The notes under the pieces are model-generated. The model saw only the letters and a list, made by a program, of their open reading frames with translations. It ran no database searches and was not told the origin of the DNA. Below are positions 62,396 to 64,000 of a stretch of 64,000 nucleotides of DNA, in pieces. The stretch is from Octopus sinensis (taxonomy: Eukaryota), in NCBI RefSeq assembly GCF_006345805.1, contig NC_043003.1:71362001-71426000 (forward strand), in the 5' to 3' direction. The first letter of the stretch is position 1, and every line of letters starts with the position of its first letter. Both the position numbers and the translations under genes were made by a program.

Positions 62396-63375
62396 TATAT
62401 CATAAATATACGCACATATATACATTATATAAAGGAGTTTACATCAGGGTAACTCCAGGAAATAGGTATATACTCTGAATGCTCAAATTGGTATGCCACC
62501 AAAATTCCAGTTGAAACTGCAGTTGAAGATATGATTTTGTAACTGCCTTTCTAAAGTGACTAGAAGTGGCTTTCTCTTGAGCTGGTAGGTATATATATTA
62601 AAGTAGAAAAGAAAAGGCAAAGAGTTTGGCAAGACTTGACAGGTACATTTAATTTAAGTATATAATAAAAGCATGAGATAATCTCTAACAGATCACAACA
62701 ATTATCGTTGATGGGGAATATTCTTTCACCATTACATATATTTAACTATCTCTCTCAAATGATGGGATACTTAGCCTATGGAATCCTTGCTCAGCATGAT
62801 GTTCCAATAGCTGGGATATTCTAGAAACAGCTGTTAGAGACTATGTAAACCTTTTATTATACAGCTAAATTAAATGTCCTTGTCAATTCTTGCTAAACTG
62901 TTTGCCTTTTCTTTTCTACTTTAATATATATATTTATACACACATTCACATATGCATATAGATATACACACACACACACACGTGTGAGAGTGTACATACA
63001 TATATGCTTCATGTATTATGTGAATGTATTTTTATGGATAGATATATAAATCAATATATATACATACATATATGGTCAAATGCAAACTTAAATAACATGT
63101 ATAGCAATGTATTTGTGAGTGTATAAAGAGATATATATGTACACACACACACAAATATAAAACATAAATGCACATCCATACACACACACAAACAAGAACT
63201 CTAAAGTCCACAAAATTTTGTGGAATTTTAAGAAGGCATTTTCTATGGCTTACATTAAACTGGAGGGGTGGGGGAAATGCAAAAAAAAAAGCAAACAAAA
63301 AGAAATGTAAATAATATCAAGTTTAAAAAATGTAAACTAATACCTTGTTTAATGTTCATGGAAATGTGTATTTTT

Positions 63376-63381
63376 TTTATT
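63376..63381 (-). promoter_or_regulatory. Candidate poly(A) signal of the caspase gene
   Basis: AATAAA on the minus strand about 150 nt downstream of the stop codon. Confidence 0.4.
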
Positions 63382-63531
63382 TCATAAAAAGTGATTCTGA
63401 TTTTGTTGAATATCTATTATAAAATAAACCATTCTTTGAAAATAAAAGATAAATAAATGCTAGAGTTATAGGATCTGATTTTTTTTTTGTATAATGTATT
63501 GCTGCCACTTCAGCTCACATTACCAGTAATT

Positions 63532-63779
63532 TTAAATTATTTCTTGTTTTTTGGGTCGGAAGTAAACATATTTGGTCAACATTGAAACAATACATGGCAT
63601 TTGTTTCTTTTTAGATGTGAAATCTTCATTGGTACATGATTCAAAGTCATAAGCCACAATGTGATTGACCAATGTTAACATGTGCATTAGCTCCATTTCT
63701 TTTCCATGGTTCTCCAAAATAATACATAGTGCCTGGATAAACCAGGAACCTTCTTCATTATTACGCCAAGAATAATAAC
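63532..63779 (-). CDS. CASP3/7: Effector caspase (caspase-3/7-like), last coding exon (p10 subunit)
   Basis: Minus-strand acceptor ttcatttctaatttcAG. Encodes GYYSWRNNEEGSWFIQALCIILENHGKEMELMHMLTLVNHIVAYDFES...KKKQMPCIVSMLTKYVYFRPKKQEII*, with the GYYSWRN, GSWFIQ and QxPCIVSMLTK motifs of caspase-3/7. Upstream exons lie beyond the window end. Confidence 0.93.
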
Positions 63780-64000
63780 CTGAAATTAGAAATGAACAAA
63801 AATTAGGTGTAAGTTTTTATAACTGTAAGGAATACATTTTAAACTGTAATTTATTTGAAATTATTTAAAAACAAATAGGCTGCATTAATTAGTGAACAAA
63901 ATACAAATGTGACACAATAAAAAAGAAATAAGTCATTGACACAACATTAGTTCAACAAACAACAACCATAATTTCTGAGGAGTCTATATAAAAAATTTCT

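Overview
This is AT-rich, microsatellite-rich eukaryotic DNA, most likely an octopus genome. That is inferred from the SINE/RTE repeat families, the tandem C2H2 zinc-finger gene and the (TA)n/(CAT)n content. I can support three host genes. (1) The last four coding exons of a PHF24/GINIP-like gene on + (14563-19618), with fully phase-consistent splice junctions; its PHD exons were not found and probably lie upstream of the window. (2) A single-coding-exon C2H2 zinc-finger gene on - (29688-30824) with 12 fingers plus two more hidden behind a 2-bp frameshift. (3) The last coding exon of an effector caspase (caspase-3/7-like) on - (63532-63779). The rest is nested transposon debris: hAT with a perfect 8-bp TSD, Tc1, four mariners, two Merlin/ISXO2 elements, two Gypsy LTR families, RTE, CR1, R4/Dong and Penelope LINE fragments, non-autonomous Helitrons, piggyBac-type MITEs, several tRNA-SINE families and several long fold-back hairpins. 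The best leads are a pair of same-family Helitrons bracketing the whole ZNF coding exon, SINE dimers that share one junction and each carry a single TSD, the frameshifted ZNF tail, and the PHF24 orthologue. No CRISPR array, rRNA or true tRNA gene was seen. All family assignments come from motif recognition, not database searches.
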